Shown piece by piece: positions 1 through 10,166 of a stretch of DNA of 64,000 bases (within the stretch, counting starts at the first letter, position 1; each line of letters opens with the position of its first letter). The position numbers and the translations under genes were made by a program. The notes below the pieces were generated by a model, which ran no database searches, was not told the origin of the DNA, and worked only from the letters and a program-made list of their open reading frames with translations. This DNA is from an uncultured Erysipelothrix sp. GTDB taxonomy: Bacteria > Bacillota_I > Bacilli_A > Erysipelotrichales > Erysipelotrichaceae. Location of the stretch: NCBI GenBank assembly GCA_947631935.1, contig CANRNG010000001.1:5935-69934 (forward strand), given 5' to 3'.

Positions 1-408
1 CCAAAAATTAAAGTCAGTGATAACATTGAGAAAATAACCAATCCCGGATATAAACGACTTTATCGTTTCTACGATCGCACAACCAATAAAGCAATTGCTG
101 ATTATATTGCACTTCATGACGAAGAAATACCTAAGGATAATCTCACAATTTTCGACCCCCAAGCCCCTTGGAAAAAACAAACCATTACCAATTATGACAT
201 TCGTGAATTACAAGTTCCAATCTTTAAAAATGGTGATTGTGTTTATGAATCATTCTCACTTTATGACATCTCAGTTTATGCACAAAAAGAACGAGAGTCA
301 TTCTGGGAAGAAGTTAAAAGGCTTCATTACCCACACAATTATTATGTGGACCTCTCGCAAGAACTCTATGATCTCAAATTAGAGCTTTTACATGAACATG
401 CTGAATAA
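1..408 (+). CDS. pncB: Nicotinate phosphoribosyltransferase, C-terminal part (5' end outside window)
   Basis: Frame 1 is open from base 1: PKIKVSDNIEKITNPGYKRLYRFYD...YYVDLSQELYDLK...HAE*. This matches the NAPRTase C-terminus. Not in the ORF track because it has no start in the window. Confidence 0.8.
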   Translation, partial: PKIKVSDNIEKITNPGYKRLYRFYDRTTNKAIADYIALHDEEIPKDNLTIFDPQAPWKKQTITNYDIRELQVPIFKNGDCVYESFSLYDISVYAQKERESFWEEVKRLHYPHNYYVDLSQELYDLKLELLHEHAE

Positions 409-422
409 AGTAAAAAAGAATC

Positions 423-1457
423 TCACTCGGGATTCTTTTTTAGTATCACTTCAAATACGGTCGCTTTTTCATCAGATTGTTTCACCATCACAGTGCTTTG
501 ATGTAAATCCAGTATACGTCTAACAAGCGGTAAACCCAAACCATTCCCTTCTGTCTTTCGTGAATCGTCAATTTGATAAAATTCTTCAAATATTTTCTGT
601 CTTTTGTGTACGGGAATCACATCACCTTGATTGGAAATCAAAACGCGTAAATTATCATACTCATCGATGATTTTAATACCCAATTCTTTATGATCATATG
701 AAAACTTAATGGCATTTGAGATAAGATTCACCCAAACCTGGTACATCATTTCTTCATTGGCTAAATAATCATAATCCGCTCCCTCAAAATTTAAGGACAA
801 ATTTTTATGGAGCCAATTGCCTTCCAATAAAACAACCACTTGTCTGAGTTGTTCAGTCACATTGAAAACCGTTTTATCACTCACATAGCGCTGTCTTTCA
901 ACCTTGGAAAGATTTAATACATTGGTAGATAGATCACTCAAGCGTTCAGTTTCACTGATAATAATATCCAAATATTCATGTTTTTCTGTATCAGATATCT
1001 GATCATCTTTTAATAACTTGGCAAATCCAGCAATAGAAGCAATGGGTGTTTTAAATTCGTGTGAATAATTATTAACAAAATCCCTTCTTAAAATTTCTGT
1101 GCTCTCAAGTTCACTGGCCATACGATTAAAACTTTTGGATAGTTTCTTAAAAATATCAGGTCCACTTAAATAAATACGAGCATTAAACTCACCGTTGGCC
1201 AATTGGTCAATCCCATTGATCAATATTTGAAACGGTTTTATCGGAACTTTACCAAAGATAAAAGAAATCACAGAGCCAATAACCAAACTCATAAGCATAA
1301 ACCAAGCAAGCGGTAAGTGTTGGCCTTCTTTTGTAACGCCTACAAAATCAGCAAAAAGATTTGAAAGCGCAAAAACCATCATCATCGTTAACGACATAAA
1401 AATAAAGTAACTGATTCCAAAGAACAACCTTAAGGATACTTTTTTCCAAAGTTTCAT
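423..1457 (-). CDS. Sensor histidine kinase (2 TM, HAMP, HisKA, HATPase), HssS-like
   Basis: H-box SHEFKTPIASI, N-box NLISNAIKF, G-box GNGLGL; overlaps the response regulator by 4 bp. Confidence 0.9.
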   Translation of the reverse strand: MKLWKKVSLRLFFGISYFIFMSLTMMMVFALSNLFADFVGVTKEGQHLPLAWFMLMSLVIGSVISFIFGKVPIKPFQILINGIDQLANGEFNARIYLSGPDIFKKLSKSFNRMASELESTEILRRDFVNNYSHEFKTPIASIAGFAKLLKDDQISDTEKHEYLDIIISETERLSDLSTNVLNLSKVERQRYVSDKTVFNVTEQLRQVVVLLEGNWLHKNLSLNFEGADYDYLANEEMMYQVWVNLISNAIKFSYDHKELGIKIIDEYDNLRVLISNQGDVIPVHKRQKIFEEFYQIDDSRKTEGNGLGLPLVRRILDLHQSTVMVKQSDEKATVFEVILKKNPE

Positions 1458-2128
1458 TTATGAATCACCGCCTTATACCCCAAGCCACGAATCGTTTCAA
1501 TACTAAAATCATCCACCTTTTCAAATCGTTTTCTTAAGCGTGTAATGTGAACATTGACCGTTGTATCTAATGAATTTGAACCCATTCCCCATATTTCATC
1601 CATGAGGTTTAAGCGCGTAAATATTTTATTGGGGTTGGACAAAAGTTTATAGAGTAAATAGAATTCTTTTTGAGGAAGTGTTTCAATTTTTCCATCCATT
1701 TCAACCGTCAACGTATCATAATTCAAGATAATATCACCAACTGTGAGTTGGTGTTCACTCACAATTTGAGCCCGTCTTAAAAGTGCTTTAATGCGCAGTA
1801 ATAATTCCTCTTCATTAAAGGGTTTTACCATATAATCATCAATGCCCAATCGAAAACCCTTGTTTCTATCTTCAGGTAATTGTTTTGCGGAAAGCATTAA
1901 GATTGGGATTTCAAACTCCGCTTCTCTCAGGTTTTGGGTAAATTCATAGCCATCCATATTGGGCATCATCACGTCCAAAACAATGAGGTCAATATGACTT
2001 TCATCCAAAACATCCATGGCCTCAAGACCATCATACGCAACATATACATCGAAATTGTGATTCTTTAAAATTGTCTGAATTAATTTAGACATATTATTAT
2101 CATCTTCAACCACCATGATTTTAAACAT
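1454..2128 (-). CDS. OmpR/PhoB-family response regulator, HssR-like
   Basis: Receiver VEDD...LDVMMP...KPF; winged helix ending IETIRGLGYK. Confidence 0.92.
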   Translation of the reverse strand: MFKIMVVEDDNNMSKLIQTILKNHNFDVYVAYDGLEAMDVLDESHIDLIVLDVMMPNMDGYEFTQNLREAEFEIPILMLSAKQLPEDRNKGFRLGIDDYMVKPFNEEELLLRIKALLRRAQIVSEHQLTVGDIILNYDTLTVEMDGKIETLPQKEFYLLYKLLSNPNKIFTRLNLMDEIWGMGSNSLDTTVNVHITRLRKRFEKVDDFSIETIRGLGYKAVIHK

Positions 2129-2253
2129 AGGAACACCCCTTTTTAATTCAGTCCTAGTATATCACGAAACAATAACTAAAGATTAACGAAGCATCACTTA
2201 ACAATGAGTTAATAAATTTGGTTTATACTGTAAATGTCAAAAAGGAGGACAAA

Positions 2254-4962
2254 ATGTTACAAATCAAAAATATAACCAAAACCTATGTAACGGGCGAATA
2301 TAAGCAAGTTGCATTAAATGGAATCAGTTTCAATTTAAGAGATAGTGAACTGGTCGCCATTTTAGGTCAATCTGGTTCTGGAAAAACAACCACATTAAAT
2401 ATTATTGGTGGCTTGGATCGTTATGATAGTGGCGATATCATTATCAATGATGTTTCAACCAAAAATTACTCTGACAGAGATTGGGACTCCTATCGTAACC
2501 ACACGATTGGATTTGTGTTTCAAAGTTACAACTTAATTCCACACCAATCTATCTTGTCAAATGTTGAACTGGCTTTAACAATCTCTGGTATCTCTTCTTC
2601 AGAAAGAAAAAGCCGTGCCATTAAAGCGTTAGAAGATGTGGGCTTGGCAGATCACATTCATAAAAAACCAAATCAAATGTCTGGTGGACAAATGCAACGT
2701 GTTGCGATCGCAAGAGCGCTTGTGAATGATCCAGATATCTTATTGGCTGATGAACCCACAGGAGCCCTTGACAGTGAAACCAGCTTAGTGGTCATGGAGC
2801 TTTTAAAAGAAATTGCCAAGGATCGATTGGTAGTCTTGGTAACCCATAACGAGGAATTGGCTGAATCCTATGCAACCCGTATTATTCGGTTACATGATGG
2901 AGAAATTATTTCCGATACAGATCCCTATGATCTAGATGAAAAACACGGAGAAAATGCCCAACATAAAAACTTGGGGAAAACATCCATGTCATTTTTAACG
3001 GCGTTAACACTCAGTTTTAACAATCTAAAAACAAAGAAAGCACGTACCTTTTTAACTTCTTTTGCTGGATCGATTGGAATTATTGGAATTGCTTTAATTT
3101 TGGCCCTTTCAACAGGTGTGAATCAATATATAGAAGACATCCAAAGAGATACCATGGCTTCCTATCCAATTGTGCTTCAATCACAATCCTTGGATCTTTC
3201 ATCCATCATTGATATGGGTGCACCCAACAGTTCAGATGTAGGTGAAGATAGAACCGCTGTTTATGCGAATACAACTATGCTAGAACGCGTTTCTCAAACA
3301 ACCCAAAGTATCAAAGAAAATAACTTAAGCGAATTCAAACATTACTTAGATAATGAGGATTCTGAAATTCACCAATATGTGGGCTCAAATGGGATAATCT
3401 ATAGCTATGATGTCGCTTTTAAAGCCTATGCAACAGATCCAAATGGTGAATTGATCAATACAGATGGTTCTACCTTTGAAGAAGACAGTTCATTCATGGG
3501 AATGGGTGGTGGTAGCCCAATTACCTCACTCATTTCCACAACCTCTACTTTTACTGAACTCTTGCACGGACAAAGCGATGACCTTATTTCTAATGTTCTC
3601 TTGGATAATTATGAAGTCGTAGAAGGCGCTTGGCCAACAAAAATGGATGAAGTCGTCTTAATTTTAGACCAAAACCAAGAAATATCGTTGGCAACACTTT
3701 ATGAATTGGGTGTATTACCAAAAGAAGATTATGATGAAATCTTAGAGAAAATCGATAAAGGTGAAACCATAACTTTTGATGAGATAACCTTGGATTATGA
3801 AACACTCCTAAATCATACCTTCCAAATGATTCCGGATGCAGCCTTTTATATAAAAAATGATGAAGGTTATTTTACTGAAATCATAGAAGGTGAAGAAGCC
3901 TTTAATAACCTACTTGATGAGAGTATGACGCTAAAAATTTCGGCCATCATCAAACCCATAGATTCAGATGCCTCACAACTAATGAGTGGCACAATTGGTT
4001 ATACCCGTTTATTGAGTAATCATATTATTGATATTACCAATAATTCCGAGGTGGTTTTATCTCAAATTGACAATCCCGATACCAATGTTTTAAATGGTCT
4101 GACCTTTGATCCAAAGGATGATGCTACAATCATTGAAGATACTAAAAATTACTTGGCATCAATGGGTGTCTCCGATAAAGCAACACTCTTAAAAAGTATG
4201 ATGCGTTCGATTTATGGCAATGATCCTGAAATGCTTGACCAAATGATGGCAATGAGTGAAATTCAACAAGCTACCGTTTTGGATCAATATCTAATGGATC
4301 CTGAAGACGATGTAATTTTATCAATCTATGATAACTATATATCTTCAGGTAGTTATGATGATAATATGGCTTCGTTTGGATGGATTTCACTCGATGCCCC
4401 AAGCAGCATCTCTATCTACACAGACAGTTTTGAAGCCAAAGACGGCATCACCAATAGTATCGCAAACTATAATGAAACAGCCGCTGACGAAAATTACATC
4501 ACATACACTGATTATGTTGGCTTGTTGATGTCTTCTATTACCACAATTATTAATGTAATCTCTTATGTACTCATTGCATTTGTTGCGGTATCCTTAGTTG
4601 TATCTTCAATCATGATTGGTATTATTACCTATATTTCAGTGCTTGAAAGAACCAAGGAAATTGGAATCTTGCGCGCCATTGGTGCTTCAAAAAGAAATAT
4701 CTCCAATGTCTTCAACGCTGAAACCTTTATTGTTGGATTACTCAGTGGCATCATTGGGATCGGTATTACTTTGATCTCACTCATCCCCATTAATGCTCTG
4801 ATTCATAAAATCGCAGGGACCACTGATGTGAGTGCTTCCTTACCAATACCCTATGCTTTGGTATTGATATTATTAAGTCTCGTCCTAACTGTTATTGCTG
4901 GACTCTTGCCCGCTTCTAAAGCAGCCAAACAAGATCCTGTAATTGCATTAAGATCTGAATAA
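2254..4962 (+). CDS. Fused ABC ATPase-FtsX-type permease (MacB-like)
   Basis: Walker A GQSGSGKT, signature MSGGQMQRV, DEPTG, C-terminal ERTKEIGILRAIGA. Start moved to ATG 2254, after SD AAGGAGG. Confidence 0.88.
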   Translation: MLQIKNITKTYVTGEYKQVALNGISFNLRDSELVAILGQSGSGKTTTLNIIGGLDRYDSGDIIINDVSTKNYSDRDWDSYRNHTIGFVFQSYNLIPHQSILSNVELALTISGISSSERKSRAIKALEDVGLADHIHKKPNQMSGGQMQRVAIARALVNDPDILLADEPTGALDSETSLVVMELLKEIAKDRLVVLVTHNEELAESYATRIIRLHDGEIISDTDPYDLDEKHGENAQHKNLGKTSMSFLTALTLSFNNLKTKKARTFLTSFAGSIGIIGIALILALSTGVNQYIEDIQRDTMASYPIVLQSQSLDLSSIIDMGAPNSSDVGEDRTAVYANTTMLERVSQTTQSIKENNLSEFKHYLDNEDSEIHQYVGSNGIIYSYDVAFKAYATDPNGELINTDGSTFEEDSSFMGMGGGSPITSLISTTSTFTELLHGQSDDLISNVLLDNYEVVEGAWPTKMDEVVLILDQNQEISLATLYELGVLPKEDYDEILEKIDKGETITFDEITLDYETLLNHTFQMIPDAAFYIKNDEGYFTEIIEGEEAFNNLLDESMTLKISAIIKPIDSDASQLMSGTIGYTRLLSNHIIDITNNSEVVLSQIDNPDTNVLNGLTFDPKDDATIIEDTKNYLASMGVSDKATLLKSMMRSIYGNDPEMLDQMMAMSEIQQATVLDQYLMDPEDDVILSIYDNYISSGSYDDNMASFGWISLDAPSSISIYTDSFEAKDGITNSIANYNETAADENYITYTDYVGLLMSSITTIINVISYVLIAFVAVSLVVSSIMIGIITYISVLERTKEIGILRAIGASKRNISNVFNAETFIVGLLSGIIGIGITLISLIPINALIHKIAGTTDVSASLPIPYALVLILLSLVLTVIAGLLPASKAAKQDPVIALRSE

Positions 4963-4969
4963 CATAAAT

Positions 4970-5008
4970 AAAAACTGTCTGAAACTTATAAGTTTCAGGC
5001 AGTTTTTT
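4970..5008. terminator. Bidirectional rho-independent terminator
   Basis: AAAACTGTCTGAAACTT-AT-AAGTTTCAGGCAGTTTT hairpin between convergent genes, with A and T tracts. Confidence 0.85.
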
Positions 5009-5009
5009 C

Positions 5010-5720
5010 TTAAGCACCTCCAAGGTACAATTCTTTAACTTTATCAGAGTTTCTTACTTCATTTGAAGGCCCCTCAAATTTAATAGAACCCCCTTCAATA
5101 ATATAAGCATAATCAGCAATCTCCAAAGCTTTATGTGCATTTTGTTCAATTAAAAGAATGGTCATGCCGTCATTATTTATTTCTCGAATGATTTCAAAAA
5201 TTTGCTTAACAATCAAAGGTGCAAGTCCCATACTGGGCTCATCCAACAAGAGTAAATCAGGTTTGGAGAGTAAGGCTCTAGAGATGGCTAGCATTTGTTG
5301 TTCCCCACCGGAAAGTGTATTGGCATCTTGGTTTTTACGCTCTTTTAAAATTTCAAACTTCTCATAGACCAAAGACAATTCTTTTTCAAGTTGGCTCTTA
5401 TCTTTTCGGGTATAGGCCCCCAATAATAGATTTTCTTCAACACTCATACCAGAAAAAATGCGCCTGCCTTCTGGAACATGAACAATCCCCTTTTTAACGA
5501 TATTGTGTGGTTGCATGTTTTTTAAAGGAACCTCGTTGAATAGGACTTCGCCTTCTTTTGGTTTCAACAACCCTGAAATTGCTTTTAAAAGTGTAGATTT
5601 ACCGGCACCGTTGGCACCAATTAAAGTCACGATTTTTCCCTTTTCAACATATAGCGATACATCCTTGAGTGCCTTAATTTCGCCATAGTTTACGGTAAGA
5701 TTATTTATTTTTAACATCAA
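5010..5720 (-). CDS. livF: Branched-chain amino acid ABC ATPase
   Basis: GANGAGKST, HVPEGRRIF, LSGGEQQML. Confidence 0.92.
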   Translation of the reverse strand: MMLKINNLTVNYGEIKALKDVSLYVEKGKIVTLIGANGAGKSTLLKAISGLLKPKEGEVLFNEVPLKNMQPHNIVKKGIVHVPEGRRIFSGMSVEENLLLGAYTRKDKSQLEKELSLVYEKFEILKERKNQDANTLSGGEQQMLAISRALLSKPDLLLLDEPSMGLAPLIVKQIFEIIREINNDGMTILLIEQNAHKALEIADYAYIIEGGSIKFEGPSNEVRNSDKVKELYLGGA

Positions 5721-6490
5721 TCATCACTTCCTAAATAGGCATCAATTACCAATTGATTATTTTTAATTTCACTGGGTGTGCCACTGGCAATCAGTTGTCC
5801 ATAATTTAGGACATGAATTGTATCACAAAGCGACATAACCAAGGACATATCGTGTTCAATTAATACGATCGTTAAATCAAACTTTTCATGAATTAAATTG
5901 ATAAAACCGATTAAATCTTGTGTTTCCTGTGGATTCATACCTGCTGCCGGTTCATCTAAAAATAAGGTTTTCGCTCCGGTTGCAAGGGCTCTGGCAATTT
6001 CCAAACGGCGTTGTTCACCATAGGACAACGAACTGGCCAATTGATGCCTTTTTTCAATTAAATCCGTAATGTCTAGAAATTGTTTGGCCTTTTCATGCAC
6101 AATGCGCTCTTCCCGGTAATAGGCTCTACTTCTAAATACAGCGCCTGCCTTCGAGTATTTAACACTTTCATTCATCGCAATTTTTATATTATCCAATAAA
6201 CTTAAATCCTTAAATAAACGTATATTTTGGAAAGTACGCGCAAAGCCCAACTTGGTTATTTCGTGTACTTTCTTTTTACTTAAGTTAATATCCTTGTCAC
6301 TGTGATAGGTAACACTGCCTTCAGTTGGACTATAAAATCCCGTTAAGCAATTAAAAAGGGTTGTTTTTCCAGCACCATTGGGTCCAATGATGCCAATTTT
6401 TTTTCCTTTTTCAACTTTAAAGTTAACATCTGAAATGGCGACAATTCCCCCAAAACGTTGGGTTAAATGATCAATCGTAAGTAGGGTCAT
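5717..6490 (-). CDS. livG: Branched-chain amino acid ABC ATPase
   Basis: GPNGAGKTT, RTFQNIRLF, LSYGEQRRLEIARAL. Confidence 0.92.
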   Translation of the reverse strand: MTLLTIDHLTQRFGGIVAISDVNFKVEKGKKIGIIGPNGAGKTTLFNCLTGFYSPTEGSVTYHSDKDINLSKKKVHEITKLGFARTFQNIRLFKDLSLLDNIKIAMNESVKYSKAGAVFRSRAYYREERIVHEKAKQFLDITDLIEKRHQLASSLSYGEQRRLEIARALATGAKTLFLDEPAAGMNPQETQDLIGFINLIHEKFDLTIVLIEHDMSLVMSLCDTIHVLNYGQLIASGTPSEIKNNQLVIDAYLGSDD

Positions 6491-7436
6491 TGTCTTTCCT
6501 CCTTTTCAGTAATTTTTTAAAGCTAAGTTCATATTTTCCCATCAAACCACTGGGTTTGAAAATCATCATTATGATTAATAAAATTGAGTAAATAATGACA
6601 CGTTCTTGTGCATACCTTTGAAATACCAGGTTAATAACACCCAATGTAATGGCTGAGATGACAGTCCCAGTAAAACTTCCCAATCCACCTAAAACTGCAA
6701 TAACCAATATATCTACTGATTTATTAAAATCAAAGAGTCCTGGCATAATAATCGTATAATAGGATGCATAAATGCTACCCGCAAGACTCGCAAAACAGGC
6801 ACCAATCAAGAAGGCTGAAACCTTATCTTTGGTGAGATTGATTCCCATGGCTCCTGAGGCAATTTCATCTTCTTTTATGCCATGCCAAGCCCTTCCAAAT
6901 CGTGAGTTTTTTAACGCTGATAAGATATAGAGGGTCAAGGCAGTGAATATGAATATCATTGTAAAGTTTGGAAATCTTGGGATATTAGAAATCCCAATGG
7001 CACCGCCCGTAAAGTCCCCCATATTGACCACAATAATACGAATCATTTCGGATATACCCAGGGTTGCGATCGCAAGATAATCCCCTTTTAAGCGTAGGGT
7101 TGGAATCGCAACAATAAGTGAGACAACGGTAGTGACAACAATTCCAACCAGAATACTCAAACCAAAACCCCAAATAGTGGGTACGGTTTTAAGTACTATG
7201 GCGGTACTATAGGCTCCAATTGACATAAAACCAGCATGACCCAGTGAAAATTGCCCCGCAACCCCTAAAATAAGATTTAAAGAGGCTGCTAAGATAATAT
7301 TAATTAAAATAGCGATAATGGCAATCTCTTGAGAACGTTTGATGATGCCTGCTTCAATCAACAAGCGAACTACCCCAAAGATGATAAGTGCAAAAAAGAT
7401 CCAGGCAAGGGTTCCTTTATTAAATCGTTTTTTCAT
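6471..7436 (-). CDS. livM: Branched-chain amino acid ABC permease
   Basis: GQFSLGHAGF, LRLKGDYLAIATLG. Confidence 0.9.
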   Translation of the reverse strand: MKKRFNKGTLAWIFFALIIFGVVRLLIEAGIIKRSQEIAIIAILINIILAASLNLILGVAGQFSLGHAGFMSIGAYSTAIVLKTVPTIWGFGLSILVGIVVTTVVSLIVAIPTLRLKGDYLAIATLGISEMIRIIVVNMGDFTGGAIGISNIPRFPNFTMIFIFTALTLYILSALKNSRFGRAWHGIKEDEIASGAMGINLTKDKVSAFLIGACFASLAGSIYASYYTIIMPGLFDFNKSVDILVIAVLGGLGSFTGTVISAITLGVINLVFQRYAQERVIIYSILLIIMMIFKPSGLMGKYELSFKKLLKRRKDNDPTYD

Positions 7437-8311
7437 ACCTTTTGATCCCCTTTCTTACCAAATAACCCGGTGGGTTTTATAATTAAGATGAGAATCAAAA
7501 TAAAATACACCACGGCGTCGCGCCACATTGTGAAAGGTGTAATGGCGATGGCTGTTTCAAGTGCACCAATAAAAAACCCCCCAAAAACAGCACCATGTAA
7601 TAGACCCACACCCCCAAATACGGCTGCAATAAAGGCTTTTAAACCTCTGGCAACACCCATCAGCGGCGTGATGTTATTATAGTAGTTTGCAACCAAAGTC
7701 CCTGCAGCAGCAGCCAAAACACTTCCGATAACAAAAGTGATGGTAATGGTTCTATTCACATTGATCCCCATTAAACTGGCGGCTTCAGAATCAGTTGAGA
7801 CAGCACGCATCGCGCGACCAAAATTGGTATGATAGACAATAAATTGTAATAGAATCAGCAAAATAATAGTGACTGTGAAAATAACAATCTGATTACCAGA
7901 AATCACAACATTACCAATTTTAATTGACTGAAACAACTCAACAGGAGGTAAAGCAATAATATCTGCCCCAAAATAGCGCATAACTAAGTTTTGTAGTAAT
8001 AGTGACATTCCAATTGCAGTGATTAAAGCAGAAATACGCGTAGAGTTTCTCAAAGGACGGTACGCAATTTTTTCAATTAAAAAGCCGATAAAACCACAGA
8101 CAACCATAGAAAAAATTAAAGCCATCACAAACGGCCATTTAAAACGAGCCATGGCAACATATGACATATAAGCCCCCAGCATAAAGATTTCACCATGGGC
8201 AAAATTAATCAATTTCATGATGCCATAAATCATGGTGTATCCCAGCGCAATAAGAGCATAGATGCTTCCAATTGTTAATCCATTTAAAATCTGCTGCATA
8301 ATTTGATCCAT
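7433..8311 (-). CDS. livH: Branched-chain amino acid ABC permease
   Basis: GSIYALIALGYTMIYG, INFAHGE. Confidence 0.92.
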   Translation of the reverse strand: MDQIMQQILNGLTIGSIYALIALGYTMIYGIMKLINFAHGEIFMLGAYMSYVAMARFKWPFVMALIFSMVVCGFIGFLIEKIAYRPLRNSTRISALITAIGMSLLLQNLVMRYFGADIIALPPVELFQSIKIGNVVISGNQIVIFTVTIILLILLQFIVYHTNFGRAMRAVSTDSEAASLMGINVNRTITITFVIGSVLAAAAGTLVANYYNNITPLMGVARGLKAFIAAVFGGVGLLHGAVFGGFFIGALETAIAITPFTMWRDAVVYFILILILIIKPTGLFGKKGDQKV

Positions 8312-8341
8312 AAAAAATCTCCTTTCTTAAAAATGGTAAAA

Positions 8342-8366
8342 ACGGGGTGGTAAATCCACCCCAAAC
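8342..8366 (-). terminator. Intra-operon stem-loop after the binding-protein gene
   Basis: Minus strand GGGGTGG-ATTTA-CCACCCC followed by GTTTTT. Confidence 0.65.
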
Positions 8367-8369
8367 TTT

Positions 8370-9524
8370 TTATGGTTCGACAATTGTTGCATTAACCTCA
8401 ACACCGTCTTTCAATTCGATAACATAGGTTGATTTTTCAGCATTGTGTAAATCATTGATGGAGATGGTTCCTGTAACAGCCACAAAACCTTTTGTGTTTT
8501 TGATTGCGTCATTCACCTTAATCGGATCAGGTTCACCCGCTCTCACCAAAGCATCTAAGGCCAAATTGGCAGCATCAAATGCTAAAGCCGCAAATCCAAT
8601 GGGTTCTTTTCCATATTCTGCTACAAAGGCATCCACAAATGCACTGTGTTCTTCAGAATTGATTAATTTGGAATAATGGTTTGAATAGAAAACATTGTTT
8701 AAAGCTTCAGCCCCCGCCAAATCAACAAAGTCAACCGAATCATAGCCATCCACACCTAAGATAGGCAAGTTAACATCCAATTGATGTGCTTGTCTTAAAA
8801 GCGGCCCAATTTCCGAATAATATCCTGGAATAAAGAGTGCTTCAACTTCTTGGTTGTTTTTAACTTTTGTTAAGATGCTTGAAAAATCACTTTCTCCTTG
8901 AGCATAGAATTCTTCAAAAATAACTTCTCCACCCAATTTTTCAACATATTCTTTATATATTTTCGATAGCCCTTGTGCGTATTCAGAAGTATTATCTGCG
9001 ATAATACCCACTTTTTTAAAGCCCTTGGTTTCTACAGTAAAATTAGCCATCGTAACTGCTTGGAACATATCTGAATAACAGACGCGATATCCAAATGGAT
9101 AGCCGACAGTACCATCATTGGTTACGGTGTCTGTTGTTGCAGATGGGGAAATGGTTGGCACTTGAGCCTCTCCAGATGCCTTAACAGCCTGAGCTGATGT
9201 ACCAGAAATGGTTGCACCAATAATGGCGAAAACCCCTTCTTCAGCCAAAGCCATTTGAACCAAATATGATTCTGATGGATCAGACTTACCATCGCGAGAA
9301 ACAATTTCAACTTCCCTGCCATTGAATCCACCTTTTTCGTTAAACAACTTAACAGCAAGCTCAACGCCTTCAAGTTCCGCAACACCATATTGCATTCCGG
9401 GACCGGTTAGATCAAAGTTTACACCCAATAATAACTTGCCATCTGCCCCGTTTGCGCTTCCCCCACAAGCGACCAAACTCAAGGTGATAAATGCCATCAC
9501 CATCAATCTCAAATACTTTTTCAT
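8370..9524 (-). CDS. livJ: Branched-chain amino acid ABC substrate-binding lipoprotein (LivJ/LivK-like)
   Basis: Lipobox LSLVAC, periplasmic binding protein type 1 pattern, first gene of the liv operon. Confidence 0.85.
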   Translation of the reverse strand: MKKYLRLMVMAFITLSLVACGGSANGADGKLLLGVNFDLTGPGMQYGVAELEGVELAVKLFNEKGGFNGREVEIVSRDGKSDPSESYLVQMALAEEGVFAIIGATISGTSAQAVKASGEAQVPTISPSATTDTVTNDGTVGYPFGYRVCYSDMFQAVTMANFTVETKGFKKVGIIADNTSEYAQGLSKIYKEYVEKLGGEVIFEEFYAQGESDFSSILTKVKNNQEVEALFIPGYYSEIGPLLRQAHQLDVNLPILGVDGYDSVDFVDLAGAEALNNVFYSNHYSKLINSEEHSAFVDAFVAEYGKEPIGFAALAFDAANLALDALVRAGEPDPIKVNDAIKNTKGFVAVTGTISINDLHNAEKSTYVIELKDGVEVNATIVEP

Positions 9525-9686
9525 ATCTCGTTCTCCTAACTCTTTTTATTAGTATACTCAAGTTTGACAGAGATTACAAGATGATTTTCACTCGATTATC
9601 ATTTTCTTTCATGTAGCTTACATTAAATTTACATCTTCAACAATCCATAACACATGGTATACTATGAATATAAGGAGGTACGACAA

Positions 9687-10121
9687 ATGGTTGAAAAATA
9701 TTTAAATGAACTCACCAGTTCATTGGGTGTACTTTATATTAAGCTACATCAACATCATTGGTATGTCACTGGACAGAAATTCTTTACCTTACATGAAAGG
9801 TTTGAAGCGTACTATGACGAAACCACAGAATATCTAGATGAAGTCGCAGAAAGAATGTTGGCGCTAAACTTAAACCCAGTCTCAACACTTCAAGAATTCT
9901 TGGAACATGCTTGGATAAAGGAAACCCCTTATATCCAAAAAGTAAGTGACCGTGATATGGTCTTGTCTGTAATGGATGACTTTAAAAAGATGGCTGCCAA
10001 ACTTCAAGAAGGCCTCGATATCACTGCAGATGCAGGTGATGATGTGACCAATGATATGTTTGTGGGAATGAAACAAGCCTACGAGAAACATATTTGGATG
10101 TTACGTGCTTATTTAGATTAA
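9687..10121 (+). CDS. dps: Dps ferritin-like DNA-protection protein
   Basis: KLHQHHWYVTGQKFFTLHERFE...DEVAER, and EKHIWML. Start after SD AAGGAGG; extended -10 TGGTATACT at 9655-9663. Confidence 0.93.
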   Translation: MVEKYLNELTSSLGVLYIKLHQHHWYVTGQKFFTLHERFEAYYDETTEYLDEVAERMLALNLNPVSTLQEFLEHAWIKETPYIQKVSDRDMVLSVMDDFKKMAAKLQEGLDITADAGDDVTNDMFVGMKQAYEKHIWMLRAYLD

Positions 10122-10130
10122 AGATGAACT

Positions 10131-10166
10131 AAAAAAGGATCTCCACTATTTGGAGATCCTTTTTTT
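10131..10166. terminator. Bidirectional terminator between dps and thrS
   Basis: AAAAAAGGATCTCCA-CTATT-TGGAGATCCTTTTTT. Confidence 0.9.

Noticed and set aside
95-382. 95-aa ORF in the track
   Set aside because: Out-of-frame shadow of the pncB C-terminus, which reads in frame 1.
9575-9610. Fur/PerR or CodY site between livJ and dps
   Set aside because: Best matches are only about 12/19 (Fur) and 10/15 (CodY) in AT-rich DNA.
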